Below the pieces are notes generated by a model. That model was not told the origin of the DNA, searched no databases, and worked only from the letters and a program-made list of their open reading frames with translations. Positions 8,971-15,828 of a stretch of DNA of 32,000 nt are shown here, piece by piece. A program made the translations under genes and the position numbers. The first letter of the stretch is position 1. Each line of letters opens with the position of its first letter. This DNA is from Candidatus Nitrosopumilus koreensis AR1 (GTDB taxonomy: Archaea > Thermoproteota > Nitrososphaeria > Nitrososphaerales > Nitrosopumilaceae): the NCBI RefSeq assembly GCF_000299365.1, contig NC_018655.1, forward strand, positions 1,530,001 to 1,562,000. The letters run 5' to 3'.

Positions 8971-9447
8971 GGCCGCAAAAAACAGTATTGCAACTGATAA
9001 AACTACAGTAATTTCTCCAAGAATGATAATTTTTTTTCTTAATTTTTGAATTTGTGGTTCAGGCATTTGATTGGACATTATTTTTTCTTCAACATCTTTT
9101 CTAATTACTCTAACATGTACTGCATATGTAATAATTAATGCAATTACAAGAAGTATTTTGATTATAAGATAAGTACCATAACTTGTTGCAACAAGAAGAT
9201 CGGGTTTGCTTAATAACATATGTGAACTATACAATCCAGTTGCCATCAAAATAATCAATGAGGGAACAGCTATTTTGTTAAATCGTCTTCCAACACGAAT
9301 CATGATTTGCATTCTTTCTTCAAGTGAATTTGTCATGGTTTTAAGAAGTGGAGAAAAAACTATTCCGATAAATAATGAACCGCCCACCCAAATTGCAGCT
9401 GCAACAAGATGAATCCAAGTTAAGATTGCTTGTTCAATTGCTGCCAT
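8950..9447 (-). CDS. CopD-like integral membrane protein (4 predicted TM helices)
   Basis: N-terminal WIHLVAAAIWVGGSLF motif typical of the CopD/DUF4149-type family. Four hydrophobic segments. Its 3' end overlaps the rtcA 3' end by 21 nt. Confidence 0.5.
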   Translation of the reverse strand: MAAIEQAILTWIHLVAAAIWVGGSLFIGIVFSPLLKTMTNSLEERMQIMIRVGRRFNKIAVPSLIILMATGLYSSHMLLSKPDLLVATSYGTYLIIKILLVIALIITYAVHVRVIRKDVEEKIMSNQMPEPQIQKLRKKIIILGEITVVLSVAILFFAALLDAGV

Positions 9448-9528
9448 GGTTAATCATAATTGTAATGAAATATTATGTATTTGGATCTTGACAACCTTTT
9501 TTAGTTGTACATAATGTGATACATTGAA

Positions 9529-10023
9529 ATGGCATTACAGAGTAAGATGACAGTTTATGTTGCAATAGCAGGAGTACTTGCTTTGATGGGAGGAATTGTT
9601 TACTATGCTAGTTTAGATAATGCTCAATTAGAACAAGCTGAAATTGAATTGTTTAGTGTTGAATTAAGAGATGTGGATGAAGTAAAGAACCAAGCAAAGT
9701 TTGATGTTACATTTCTTGTGAAGAATCCTAGTGATAAAGCATTTACAGTTGGAGTTATTGACTATCATCTTTTTACTAATGGAATCGAATTAGGTTCGGG
9801 GCAATATTCTGCAATGGATGTTGCATTACCAGGAAGAGCAGTGTTTTCTTCAGGTGATCAAATACCTTTGAAAAGCACATTTGTGCTAACAAAATCTGAA
9901 ACAACACCAGAAATTTATGAAGATATGATAAATGAAAAAATCAATAGTTTTTCTGCTGAGGGAATTCTTACCACTCAGACTTCATGGAGCACTATTGACA
10001 AAGAATTCAGTACTGGATTTTAA
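9529..10023 (+). CDS. membrane-anchored LEA_2/WHy-like domain protein
   Basis: N-terminal TM helix, then a beta-rich pattern FDVTFLVKNPSDKAFTVGVIDYHLFTNGIELGSG resembling the LEA-14/WHy fold. Confidence 0.5.
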   Translation: MALQSKMTVYVAIAGVLALMGGIVYYASLDNAQLEQAEIELFSVELRDVDEVKNQAKFDVTFLVKNPSDKAFTVGVIDYHLFTNGIELGSGQYSAMDVALPGRAVFSSGDQIPLKSTFVLTKSETTPEIYEDMINEKINSFSAEGILTTQTSWSTIDKEFSTGF

Positions 10024-10025
10024 TT

Positions 10026-10030
10026 AAAAA
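10026..10030 (-). terminator. T5 run immediately 3' of tRNA-Val
   Basis: On the minus strand the tRNA is followed by C then TTTTT. Oligo-T is the usual archaeal termination signal. Confidence 0.35.
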
Positions 10031-10031
10031 G

Positions 10032-10105
10032 TGGGCCGAGAGAGATTCGAACTCACGATCACCGCCGTGTCGAGGCGGTATCCTAACCAGCTAGACTACC
10101 GGCCC
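10032..10105 (-). tRNA. tRNA-Val (anticodon GAC by hand folding)
   Basis: The reverse complement GGGCCGGTAGTCTAGCTGGTTAGGATACCGCCTCGACACGGCGGTGATCGTGAGTTCGAATCTCTCTCGGCCCA folds as a 74-nt cloverleaf. Acceptor stem is 7 bp, anticodon stem CCGCC/GGCGG, loop UCGACAC, T-loop TTCGAAT. No CCA is encoded. Confidence 0.85.
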
Positions 10106-10131
10106 ATTGAAATACAAAACTAAATGGTGGC

Positions 10132-10139
10132 ATTATTAA
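10132..10139. promoter_or_regulatory. TATA-like box (attattaa), possibly bidirectional (tRNA-Val and bluB)
   Basis: Lies about 27-34 nt upstream of tRNA-Val position 1 on the minus strand. Lies about 24 nt upstream of ATG 10158 on the plus strand. Confidence 0.4.
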
Positions 10140-10187
10140 CGTTTAACAAAAGAAAGGATGAATAAAAAGAAGAAAGGCGTGAATTAG

Positions 10188-10898
10188 TTGAAAGATAATT
10201 TTACTGAAGAAGAGAAAAGAGGATTCTACAAGGCAATTTATTCAAGAAGGGATGTTAGATCTCATTTTACATCAAAGCCTATAGAAGACGATATTCTTTC
10301 AAAAATTCTTCATGCAGCACATCATGCGCCATCTGTAGGATTTTCACAACCATGGAATTTTATTTTGATAAAGGATATTGAAACAAAAAAGAAAATTAAA
10401 GAATCATTTGAAGAAGAGAAAAATCGTTCATCACAGTTAGTAGAAGAACCAAAGAGATCAAAATATCTTTCATTCAAGTTAGAAGGAATTTTAGAATCTC
10501 CAGTAAATCTATGCGTTACATATGATCCATCAAAATTTGGCCCATTTGTGATTGGCAGATCAAGTATTCCTGAAGCAGGATTGTATAGCGTATGTTGTGC
10601 AATTCAAAATTTGTGGTTGTCAGCAAGAACTGAAGGAATTGGTCTTGGATGGGTAAGTATTCTATCAAATGAAACATTAAAAGAAAATTTAGAATTACCA
10701 GAACATGTTGTTCCTGTTGCGTATTTGTGTTTAGGATACGTAGATGACTTTGCAGAAAAACCAGATCTTGAAACTGCAGGATGGTTACCAAGATTAGAAC
10801 TAAAAGATGTAGTATATTTTGAAAAATGGAATGATCAAAAAAATGAAAATTGGCGAAGTATTCAAAAAATGATCAGAGAAAATTTTGACTACGCTTAA
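10188..10898 (+). CDS. bluB: 5,6-dimethylbenzimidazole synthase (BluB, nitroreductase fold)
   Basis: FYKAIYSRRDVRSHF...HAAHHAPSVGFSQPWNFILIKD matches the BluB signature (vY.ai..RRDvR.F ... APSVG..QPW.F). TTG start, preceded by a GGCGTGA Shine-Dalgarno-like element. Confidence 0.7.
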   Translation: MKDNFTEEEKRGFYKAIYSRRDVRSHFTSKPIEDDILSKILHAAHHAPSVGFSQPWNFILIKDIETKKKIKESFEEEKNRSSQLVEEPKRSKYLSFKLEGILESPVNLCVTYDPSKFGPFVIGRSSIPEAGLYSVCCAIQNLWLSARTEGIGLGWVSILSNETLKENLELPEHVVPVAYLCLGYVDDFAEKPDLETAGWLPRLELKDVVYFEKWNDQKNENWRSIQKMIRENFDYA

Positions 10899-10922
10899 AT
10901 AATTAAGAATGTTTTTTTTGCT

Positions 10923-11015
10923 GGGCTTGTGGCGCAGAGTCAATTTGACGCGAAACATGGATAGCGTGGTAGCCTCCTAAGTTACAGGTCGAGGGATCGA
11001 AGCCCTCCAAGCCCG
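10923..11015 (+). tRNA. tRNA-Arg (anticodon CCT) with a ~19-nt intron in the D-loop
   Basis: Acceptor GGGCTTG/CAAGCCC. D-stem GCGC/GCGT. Anticodon stem GTAGC/GTTAC with loop CTCCTAA (CCT at 10976-10978). T-arm GAGGG-ATCGAAG-CCCTC. Discriminator G at 11015. The D-loop interval 10936-10963 is 28 nt where 7-11 nt is expected, so it contains an insert. Confidence 0.85.
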
Positions 11016-11026
11016 TTTTATTTTTT
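11016..11026 (+). terminator. oligo-T terminator after tRNA-Arg
   Basis: TTTTATTTTTT follows the discriminator base directly. Confidence 0.5.
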
Positions 11027-11033
11027 GTAATGG

Positions 11034-11045
11034 AAATTTAAATAG
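11034..11045 (+). promoter_or_regulatory. TATA box for the FMN reductase gene
   Basis: aaatttaaatag is centred about 26 nt upstream of ATG 11066, the spacing expected for a leaderless transcript. Confidence 0.45.
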
Positions 11046-11065
11046 AAAGACAAGTGGTTTGAAAT

Positions 11066-11593
11066 ATGAAAATTGTAGTAATTTCTGGCAGTCCTAGAAA
11101 GAATGCAAATACACAGATCATAATGAAATATGTTTATGAATACACTAAATCAAAGAATCAGGATACAAAATTTATCAATCTATCTGAAGGTCAGATTGAA
11201 TGTTACAGAGGACCTGAAGAAGAATATAATGAAGCTACAAAAAATGCGGCACAAAACATTATGGATGCAGATGTTTGGTTGATAGGATCACCTATTTACA
11301 ATTCATTTTTTAGTTCTGCATTAAAAAATCTGTTTGAATACATCAATTACAAAGAGACTGCAGGAAAGGTGGCAGGGATGGCAATTTTGGCTGCAGGAAA
11401 TATTGGTTTTGTTGATGTTCAGACGTTAATTACCCAGTTATTATCATATTTCAGAGCAATCACAAATCCAAAGGCTGTTTTTTTAACTACCGAATCTATT
11501 ACTGAAAATAAAATTTTGAAGGACGATGCAAAAAATAGGTTAAAAGAAATGGTGGATGAAACTTTAGAAATTGCAACAAAATTACAAAAATAG
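11066..11593 (+). CDS. NAD(P)H-dependent FMN reductase (flavodoxin-like fold)
   Basis: MKIVVISGSPRKNANT N-terminus and the WLIGSPIYNSFFSSALKN segment are typical of the FMN_red family. Confidence 0.8.
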   Translation: MKIVVISGSPRKNANTQIIMKYVYEYTKSKNQDTKFINLSEGQIECYRGPEEEYNEATKNAAQNIMDADVWLIGSPIYNSFFSSALKNLFEYINYKETAGKVAGMAILAAGNIGFVDVQTLITQLLSYFRAITNPKAVFLTTESITENKILKDDAKNRLKEMVDETLEIATKLQK

Positions 11594-11877
11594 TGTATAC
11601 ATATGTCTGGTAAAATAATTTATAATTTTAACATCAGAGATTAGATTGTTTTTCAAGAAATTTTTTAAATCATATGATAAGATTAAAAAATGAAAATTGA
11701 ATAATAGCAATTATTTTCTAATTTAAGAATACATCTGCTAATCTTTATCATCAAATGACTAATACATTTTTAAAAAATCAATTTAAACAATAAAAATTAC
11801 ATATTAGAGTCATCAAATATTTCATTCGTGTTAAAACTGTAAAAGTCAAATACTGACAAAACATACAAGATATACAA

Positions 11878-11997
11878 TTGAGCGAAAGAAGAGATCCTAC
11901 AGAATTATGTTCATGTAAATGTCATTATGGAGGTGCAGAAAGTTGTCCGGGTTGTAAGAGTAATCACGGTGTTGTTTGTTGTCATTGCAAGGACTAA
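11878..11997 (+). CDS. candidate Cys/His-rich micro-protein (39 codons, TTG start)
   Basis: Below the ORF-track size cut-off. Translation is LSERRDPTELCSCKCHYGGAESCPGCKSNHGVVCCHCKD, with 8 Cys and 3 His. It forms a G+C-richer island inside a very AT-rich 412-bp spacer. A T-rich stretch follows the stop. There is no in-frame ATG. Confidence 0.3.
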   Translation: MSERRDPTELCSCKCHYGGAESCPGCKSNHGVVCCHCKD

Positions 11998-12005
11998 GTT
12001 TTAGT

Positions 12006-12515
12006 TTATTTTTTCTTAGATGCTAGCATTTTCAGATTAGCTAATTCAGTTTTCAATGATTCAATCTGAACAAGTGTTTGAAGATTAGAAATTTCTTGAT
12101 TTAGTCGTTCAATTTCACTGTCTTTTAGTTTTACAGTTTCTTTTAGATTGTTTAGTTCAGAAGATAAATCATTTTGAATTTGTTTGATTTCTGAAAGACT
12201 CACTTGTGTACCAGTAGTTGTAGTTTGAATTGTTTGTGTATTACTCAAGCTTTTTTTTTCGTTGTGATGAGCATGTTTATGCATGTAATCTGTGCTTTTT
12301 TGTGAAATCCAGCAAGTAAATGCTAAGAACCAAGTGATTGGGACGGCCATAATGAATACGAAATTTAGTATTGGTGCAAAGTCTACAAAATATGGCCAAA
12401 GCCCAGTCAATACGGCTGCAAAAACAGCAGTTACAACTGTAGCTAAATGATTTCCCAAATATCCCATAATTGATTTGAAAAATTCATTGTTTATAATAGT
12501 AATGGTAAAATTCAC
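12006..12515 (-). CDS. hypothetical membrane protein with C-terminal coiled coil
   Basis: Two to three N-terminal hydrophobic helices, a His-rich linker (MHKHAHHNEKK), a Thr-rich spacer, then heptad-like LSSELNNLKETVKLKDSEIERLNQEISNLQ. GTG start. Probably in an operon with the upstream HTH gene (37-nt gap). Confidence 0.55.
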   Translation of the reverse strand: MNFTITIINNEFFKSIMGYLGNHLATVVTAVFAAVLTGLWPYFVDFAPILNFVFIMAVPITWFLAFTCWISQKSTDYMHKHAHHNEKKSLSNTQTIQTTTTGTQVSLSEIKQIQNDLSSELNNLKETVKLKDSEIERLNQEISNLQTLVQIESLKTELANLKMLASKKK

Positions 12516-12552
12516 AGAAGAATAATAATTAAAAAGAAAAAAAGAGCCGATT

Positions 12553-12783
12553 TTATTCGTCTTCTTCAGAAGCAGTAGCTGCTTTAGGCATATCGGATTG
12601 TAGGATTTGGATTTTTTGTAGTAACTCAGTTCTTAGATCTCTTGCAACCCTTCTGACTGTTGGTCTTGGAACGCCAAGCTCATCAACTACTTTGGTATAG
12701 ATGTCTTGTTTGTCAGTTACCCCTTTGTCAAGATAAGAATTAATTGCTTCTTTAATGATCGTACTCTGATTTGTGCGATTCAA
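12553..12783 (-). CDS. small helix-turn-helix DNA-binding protein
   Basis: 76 aa. HTH-like segment IYTKVVDELGVPRPTVRRVARDL. Acidic tail. Confidence 0.6.
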   Translation of the reverse strand: MNRTNQSTIIKEAINSYLDKGVTDKQDIYTKVVDELGVPRPTVRRVARDLRTELLQKIQILQSDMPKAATASEEDE

Positions 12784-13019
12784 CGAATTCTAAACTTTAA
12801 TTGTTCTATATAAGACTATAACTTTTGAAATGTCTAAAATCTAATTTACGGAATTCATATTTTTTATCACATAAAAAATTCTAAGTCTTCAAAAATTTAA
12901 TGCGTTAACGAAAAACGTACTGATGGTTATAGATTTTTCAAGATAGACATACAATCTATAAGAATTCTCAGAAATATTTTCACAAAAGACTCTTATGATA
13001 ATAGTACAGAGTGTTTCTG

Positions 13020-13496
13020 ATGACTACAGCAAACATTGAAACAAATTTCGGAAATATTTCATTTAAACTTCTACCTGATTTGGCTCCTGAAACGGTTAGG
13101 AATTTTGAAAAATTAGCTAGAGATGGATTCTATGATGGTACTCTTTTCCATCGAGTTATTCCAGGATTCATGATTCAGGGCGGAGACCCCAATACAAAAA
13201 CAGATAACAAAAGTTCATGGGGAATGGGAGGTCCAGGATATAACGTCAAAGCGGAATTTAGTTCTAGATCTCATTTGAGAGGAATTGTTTCAATGGCAAG
13301 AGCACAAGATCCAGATAGTGCAGGCTCACAATTCTTCATAGTAACAACTGATAGTACATTTCTAGATAGACAATATACTGTATTTGGAGAAGTTGTTGAA
13401 GGTATGGATATTGCAGATAAAATTGTAAATCTTGAAAGAGATGGCAATGATTGTCCTTTAGAAAAAGCAGAAATGCTTCATGTAACTGTGGAATAA
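13020..13496 (+). CDS. cyclophilin-type peptidyl-prolyl cis-trans isomerase
   Basis: FHRVIPGFMIQGGDP, SMARAQDPDSAGSQFFI and VFGEVVEGMD cyclophilin motifs. The ORF is open from GTG 13011; ATG 13020 is preferred. Confidence 0.9.
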   Translation: MTTANIETNFGNISFKLLPDLAPETVRNFEKLARDGFYDGTLFHRVIPGFMIQGGDPNTKTDNKSSWGMGGPGYNVKAEFSSRSHLRGIVSMARAQDPDSAGSQFFIVTTDSTFLDRQYTVFGEVVEGMDIADKIVNLERDGNDCPLEKAEMLHVTVE

Positions 13497-14390
13497 ATGA
13501 ATTCAAAGATTTTTGTAATTTTAGTAATTATTTCTCTGATATCTGTTATTCCTACATCTTATGCACAAGTTTCAGTTGCAGACAAAGCTATTCAGGAATT
13601 AGTTGAGGTTAGAATTGATTCAGACGGTAGTGTACAGGTCATACATGTAATTAAATCAGCAACAGAACCTAGACAAGTTGATTTGATTCCTGGAACAGTT
13701 TCAAATATTTTAGTTACAAATGAGCAAGGTGAAGAAAAACAATTTGGAGAGATTGGAAATAGTTCAGTATTAATCATGCCATCTAATGAAGATTCTATTT
13801 TACAATATCAACTTGAAGATGTTATTTCAGAAATAGAAAGCATATGGACATGGAATTTTTTGTATCTTGAATCAACCAATTTTATTTTACCTCAAGAAGT
13901 TGATCTATTGTTTGCAAATGAACGTCCAGTTTATTTGGATGAAAAAAAAGGAATTACATGTCATGGATGTCAGATGCTTTTAGAATATTCCATAAATGAA
14001 TCAAGAGTTTATGAAAATGTAAAATGGGAAGATGATGAATTTTTAGTTGAGATAAGAAGTCAGACAGGTATTGATGAATTTGTTTTTAACCAACCCTCAA
14101 AGAGCATTACATTTGAGATTACTGGAGAAAATAGATTTGTTACAACAGTAATCCCTTTAGAATTATTGTGGGAACCATATACAGCGTTTCTTGATGATGA
14201 GAAAATTCCAGCTCAACAGTATATCAACAACGGAACTCATGTTTGGGTTAATATCAAACCAGATACATCAGGACAAGTTAGTATTATAGGAACAACTGTT
14301 GTACCAGAATTCCCAATAATTGCACCGCTTACCATAGGATTTTTGATTATTCTTGTGTTACCATTTATGAAAAAATTTAATCTCCACTAG
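13497..14390 (+). CDS. secreted protein with N-terminal signal peptide and PEFG-CTERM-like C-terminal sorting signal
   Basis: N-terminus MNSKIFVILVIISLISVIPTSYA. C-terminus VVPEFPIIAPLTIGFLIILVLPFMKKFNLH (PEF motif, TM helix, basic tail). Its ATG directly abuts the cyclophilin stop codon. Confidence 0.65.
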   Translation: MNSKIFVILVIISLISVIPTSYAQVSVADKAIQELVEVRIDSDGSVQVIHVIKSATEPRQVDLIPGTVSNILVTNEQGEEKQFGEIGNSSVLIMPSNEDSILQYQLEDVISEIESIWTWNFLYLESTNFILPQEVDLLFANERPVYLDEKKGITCHGCQMLLEYSINESRVYENVKWEDDEFLVEIRSQTGIDEFVFNQPSKSITFEITGENRFVTTVIPLELLWEPYTAFLDDEKIPAQQYINNGTHVWVNIKPDTSGQVSIIGTTVVPEFPIIAPLTIGFLIILVLPFMKKFNLH

Positions 14391-14553
14391 AACCACAGGA
14401 ACAAAATCCATATTCATCAATTCTAACATTACATATAGGGCATTTTTCACCATAATCTACTTCCCATGGTTCTTTTCCAAATAGTTTAAAGTGATCATCG
14501 ATTTCAATTGGAATTTCGCGCTTTTTTTCCAATAATTTGTATAGATGTTGCAA
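14377..14553 (-). CDS. candidate small zinc-ribbon protein (58 codons, TTG start)
   Basis: Below the ORF-track cut-off. Translation is (M)QHLYKLLEKKREIPIEIDDHFKLFGKEPWEVDYGEKCPICNVRIDEYGFCSCGSSGD, with CPxC...CxC. A TAG lies directly upstream of the TTG. Overlaps the 3' end of the preceding gene by 14 nt. Confidence 0.3.
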   Translation of the reverse strand: MQHLYKLLEKKREIPIEIDDHFKLFGKEPWEVDYGEKCPICNVRIDEYGFCSCGSSGD

Positions 14554-14579
14554 CTATACATACATTATCGGAGAAAAAA

Positions 14580-14768
14580 ATGAAAATTGAGTGTGGATGT
14601 CACTGTATTAAGTGTAAAAGTACGAATCTAGAATCCAATAAGATTGGGCCAGTAGAAAAAGATGGATACTTTGACATGCATCATACATGTAATGAGTGCA
14701 ATACACATTTTGATCATTTAGAAGGAGAGACTTTTTCTAATTGTGAAAAATGTAATTTTTCTAGTTAG
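14580..14768 (+). CDS. small Cys/His-rich zinc-ribbon protein
   Basis: MKIECGCHCIKCKST...HHTCNECNTHFDH...NCEKCNFSS. GGAG lies 6 nt upstream of ATG 14580. The track ORF starts at TTG 14508, but that N-terminal extension looks non-coding. Confidence 0.5.
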   Translation: MKIECGCHCIKCKSTNLESNKIGPVEKDGYFDMHHTCNECNTHFDHLEGETFSNCEKCNFSS

Positions 14769-15237
14769 CCACTAGAGATTCAACAAAATAATGGGTTCTG
14801 TTCTCATGAGAGTTTTTCATAATCTCTTTGTTTGATGCCATTTTTGCCAATGCTTTTGATACATCTAATGGACTTGCAGCCCAACCGTATTCACGTAGTT
14901 GTTCAACAGTTTCTGTAACTGTTCTGGGTGAATCAAAGAATCTACTAGTTTCTAAAATACGTAATTTTGATTTCACTTCATTGGGAGAAATATGTGTTGG
15001 TTCATTAAATTCTGGTTCAAAAGTTTCTGCATCCTCAAGGGATTCTAATCCAAATTGAGTCGGATTTTCAGTAGATCTGATAACTGGTTCAGGTTCATAA
15101 ACAATTTTTGCTTGATTTTCGGGCAAATGGTTTAACATGCTTTCAATAATTTCGCCTAATGTTTGATTGTCAACGTAAAAATCTCTAGAGTCAACCTCAA
15201 TTTCATTCTCTCCTAACTTGAGTTTAATTCTAGCCAT
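14761..15237 (-). CDS. hypothetical protein, possible C-terminal winged-helix-like domain
   Basis: 158-aa intact ORF with an acidic middle region. The C-terminal TVEQLREYGWAASPLDVSKALAKMASNKEIMK segment looks like a recognition-helix region. No confident family assignment. Confidence 0.5.
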   Translation of the reverse strand: MARIKLKLGENEIEVDSRDFYVDNQTLGEIIESMLNHLPENQAKIVYEPEPVIRSTENPTQFGLESLEDAETFEPEFNEPTHISPNEVKSKLRILETSRFFDSPRTVTETVEQLREYGWAASPLDVSKALAKMASNKEIMKNSHENRTHYFVESLVAN

Positions 15238-15367
15238 ACAAAATAATCATAGAATTTTGATTTATTTTGTTAGCTCTAAGGAGCTTAAAGAGTAGATCAA
15301 ATCTTTTACACAATTTATTGGGATTTTTTCCCTTTTGTGTTAAAATGTAATTTTCTTAAAATTAGTC

Positions 15368-15817
15368 ATGAATTCATCAAAAAGGGGCGGATTAATCGTT
15401 CTTTTTATTCTAGGAATGAGTATTTTTGGATATTCACAATATGCTTCAGCATCTCAAATAGGAGTAAGTATTACTCAAAGTGAATTATTGAATGAGAATG
15501 AAAAAGGAGCAAACTATAACATAGAATTACAATTTGAAAATCCATCTTTGTTGATATTGACTTCAGGTGCAACTGAATTCTTTGTTATTACAGATGATCA
15601 GATGGTAGGAAAAGGTCAGTTAGAACCATTCATACTACAACCTCTAGATAGTAGTTATGTAAAGGGGACTTATCACACAGATTCAAATGATAATGAATCT
15701 AAATCAGTAAAAATTACAGGAGTGACAAAATATGATGCCATAATTACATCTGTTGAAATTCCTTTTGTTTATTATCCAACAGAAGAACAAGCAAGAGAAT
15801 TTATACATCAAAAATAA
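15368..15817 (+). CDS. membrane-anchored LEA_2/WHy-like domain protein (paralogue of 9529-10023)
   Basis: N-terminal TM helix, then NIELQFENPSLLILTSGATEFFVITDDQMVGKG, parallel to the 9529 protein. A TATA-like ttaaaatg lies about 25 nt upstream of the ATG. Confidence 0.5.
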   Translation: MNSSKRGGLIVLFILGMSIFGYSQYASASQIGVSITQSELLNENEKGANYNIELQFENPSLLILTSGATEFFVITDDQMVGKGQLEPFILQPLDSSYVKGTYHTDSNDNESKSVKITGVTKYDAIITSVEIPFVYYPTEEQAREFIHQK

Positions 15818-15828
15818 TTTCTTCACAA

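Noticed and set aside
12927-12961. 8-bp inverted repeat ttatagat ... atctataa with a 19-nt spacer, upstream of the cyclophilin gene.
   Set aside because: It is pure A/T sequence in a very AT-rich spacer, so chance occurrence is plausible. There is no second copy in the window. It might be an operator, but the evidence is too weak to report as a finding.
10923-13010. Hypothesis that the tRNA-Arg gene marks an integrated element. Supporting features were the FMN reductase, the long AT-rich spacer, the Cys-rich ORF, the coiled-coil membrane protein, the small HTH protein and a second AT-rich spacer.
   Set aside because: There is no integrase, no phage or plasmid genes, and I could find no direct repeat of the tRNA 3' half downstream. 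The composition of the genes matches the rest of the window.
13018-13076. C/D-box sRNA-like elements: CTGATGA at the 5' end of the cyclophilin gene and CTGA about 55 nt downstream.
   Set aside because: No internal D'/C' boxes and no terminal stem. The region is inside a well-supported CDS, and the match is to short motifs that occur by chance.
15272-15285. Short hairpin or palindrome agctc-taag-gagct in the divergent intergenic region between 15237 and 15368.
   Set aside because: The stem is only 5 bp and occurs once. This is insufficient to call a regulatory site or RNA structure.
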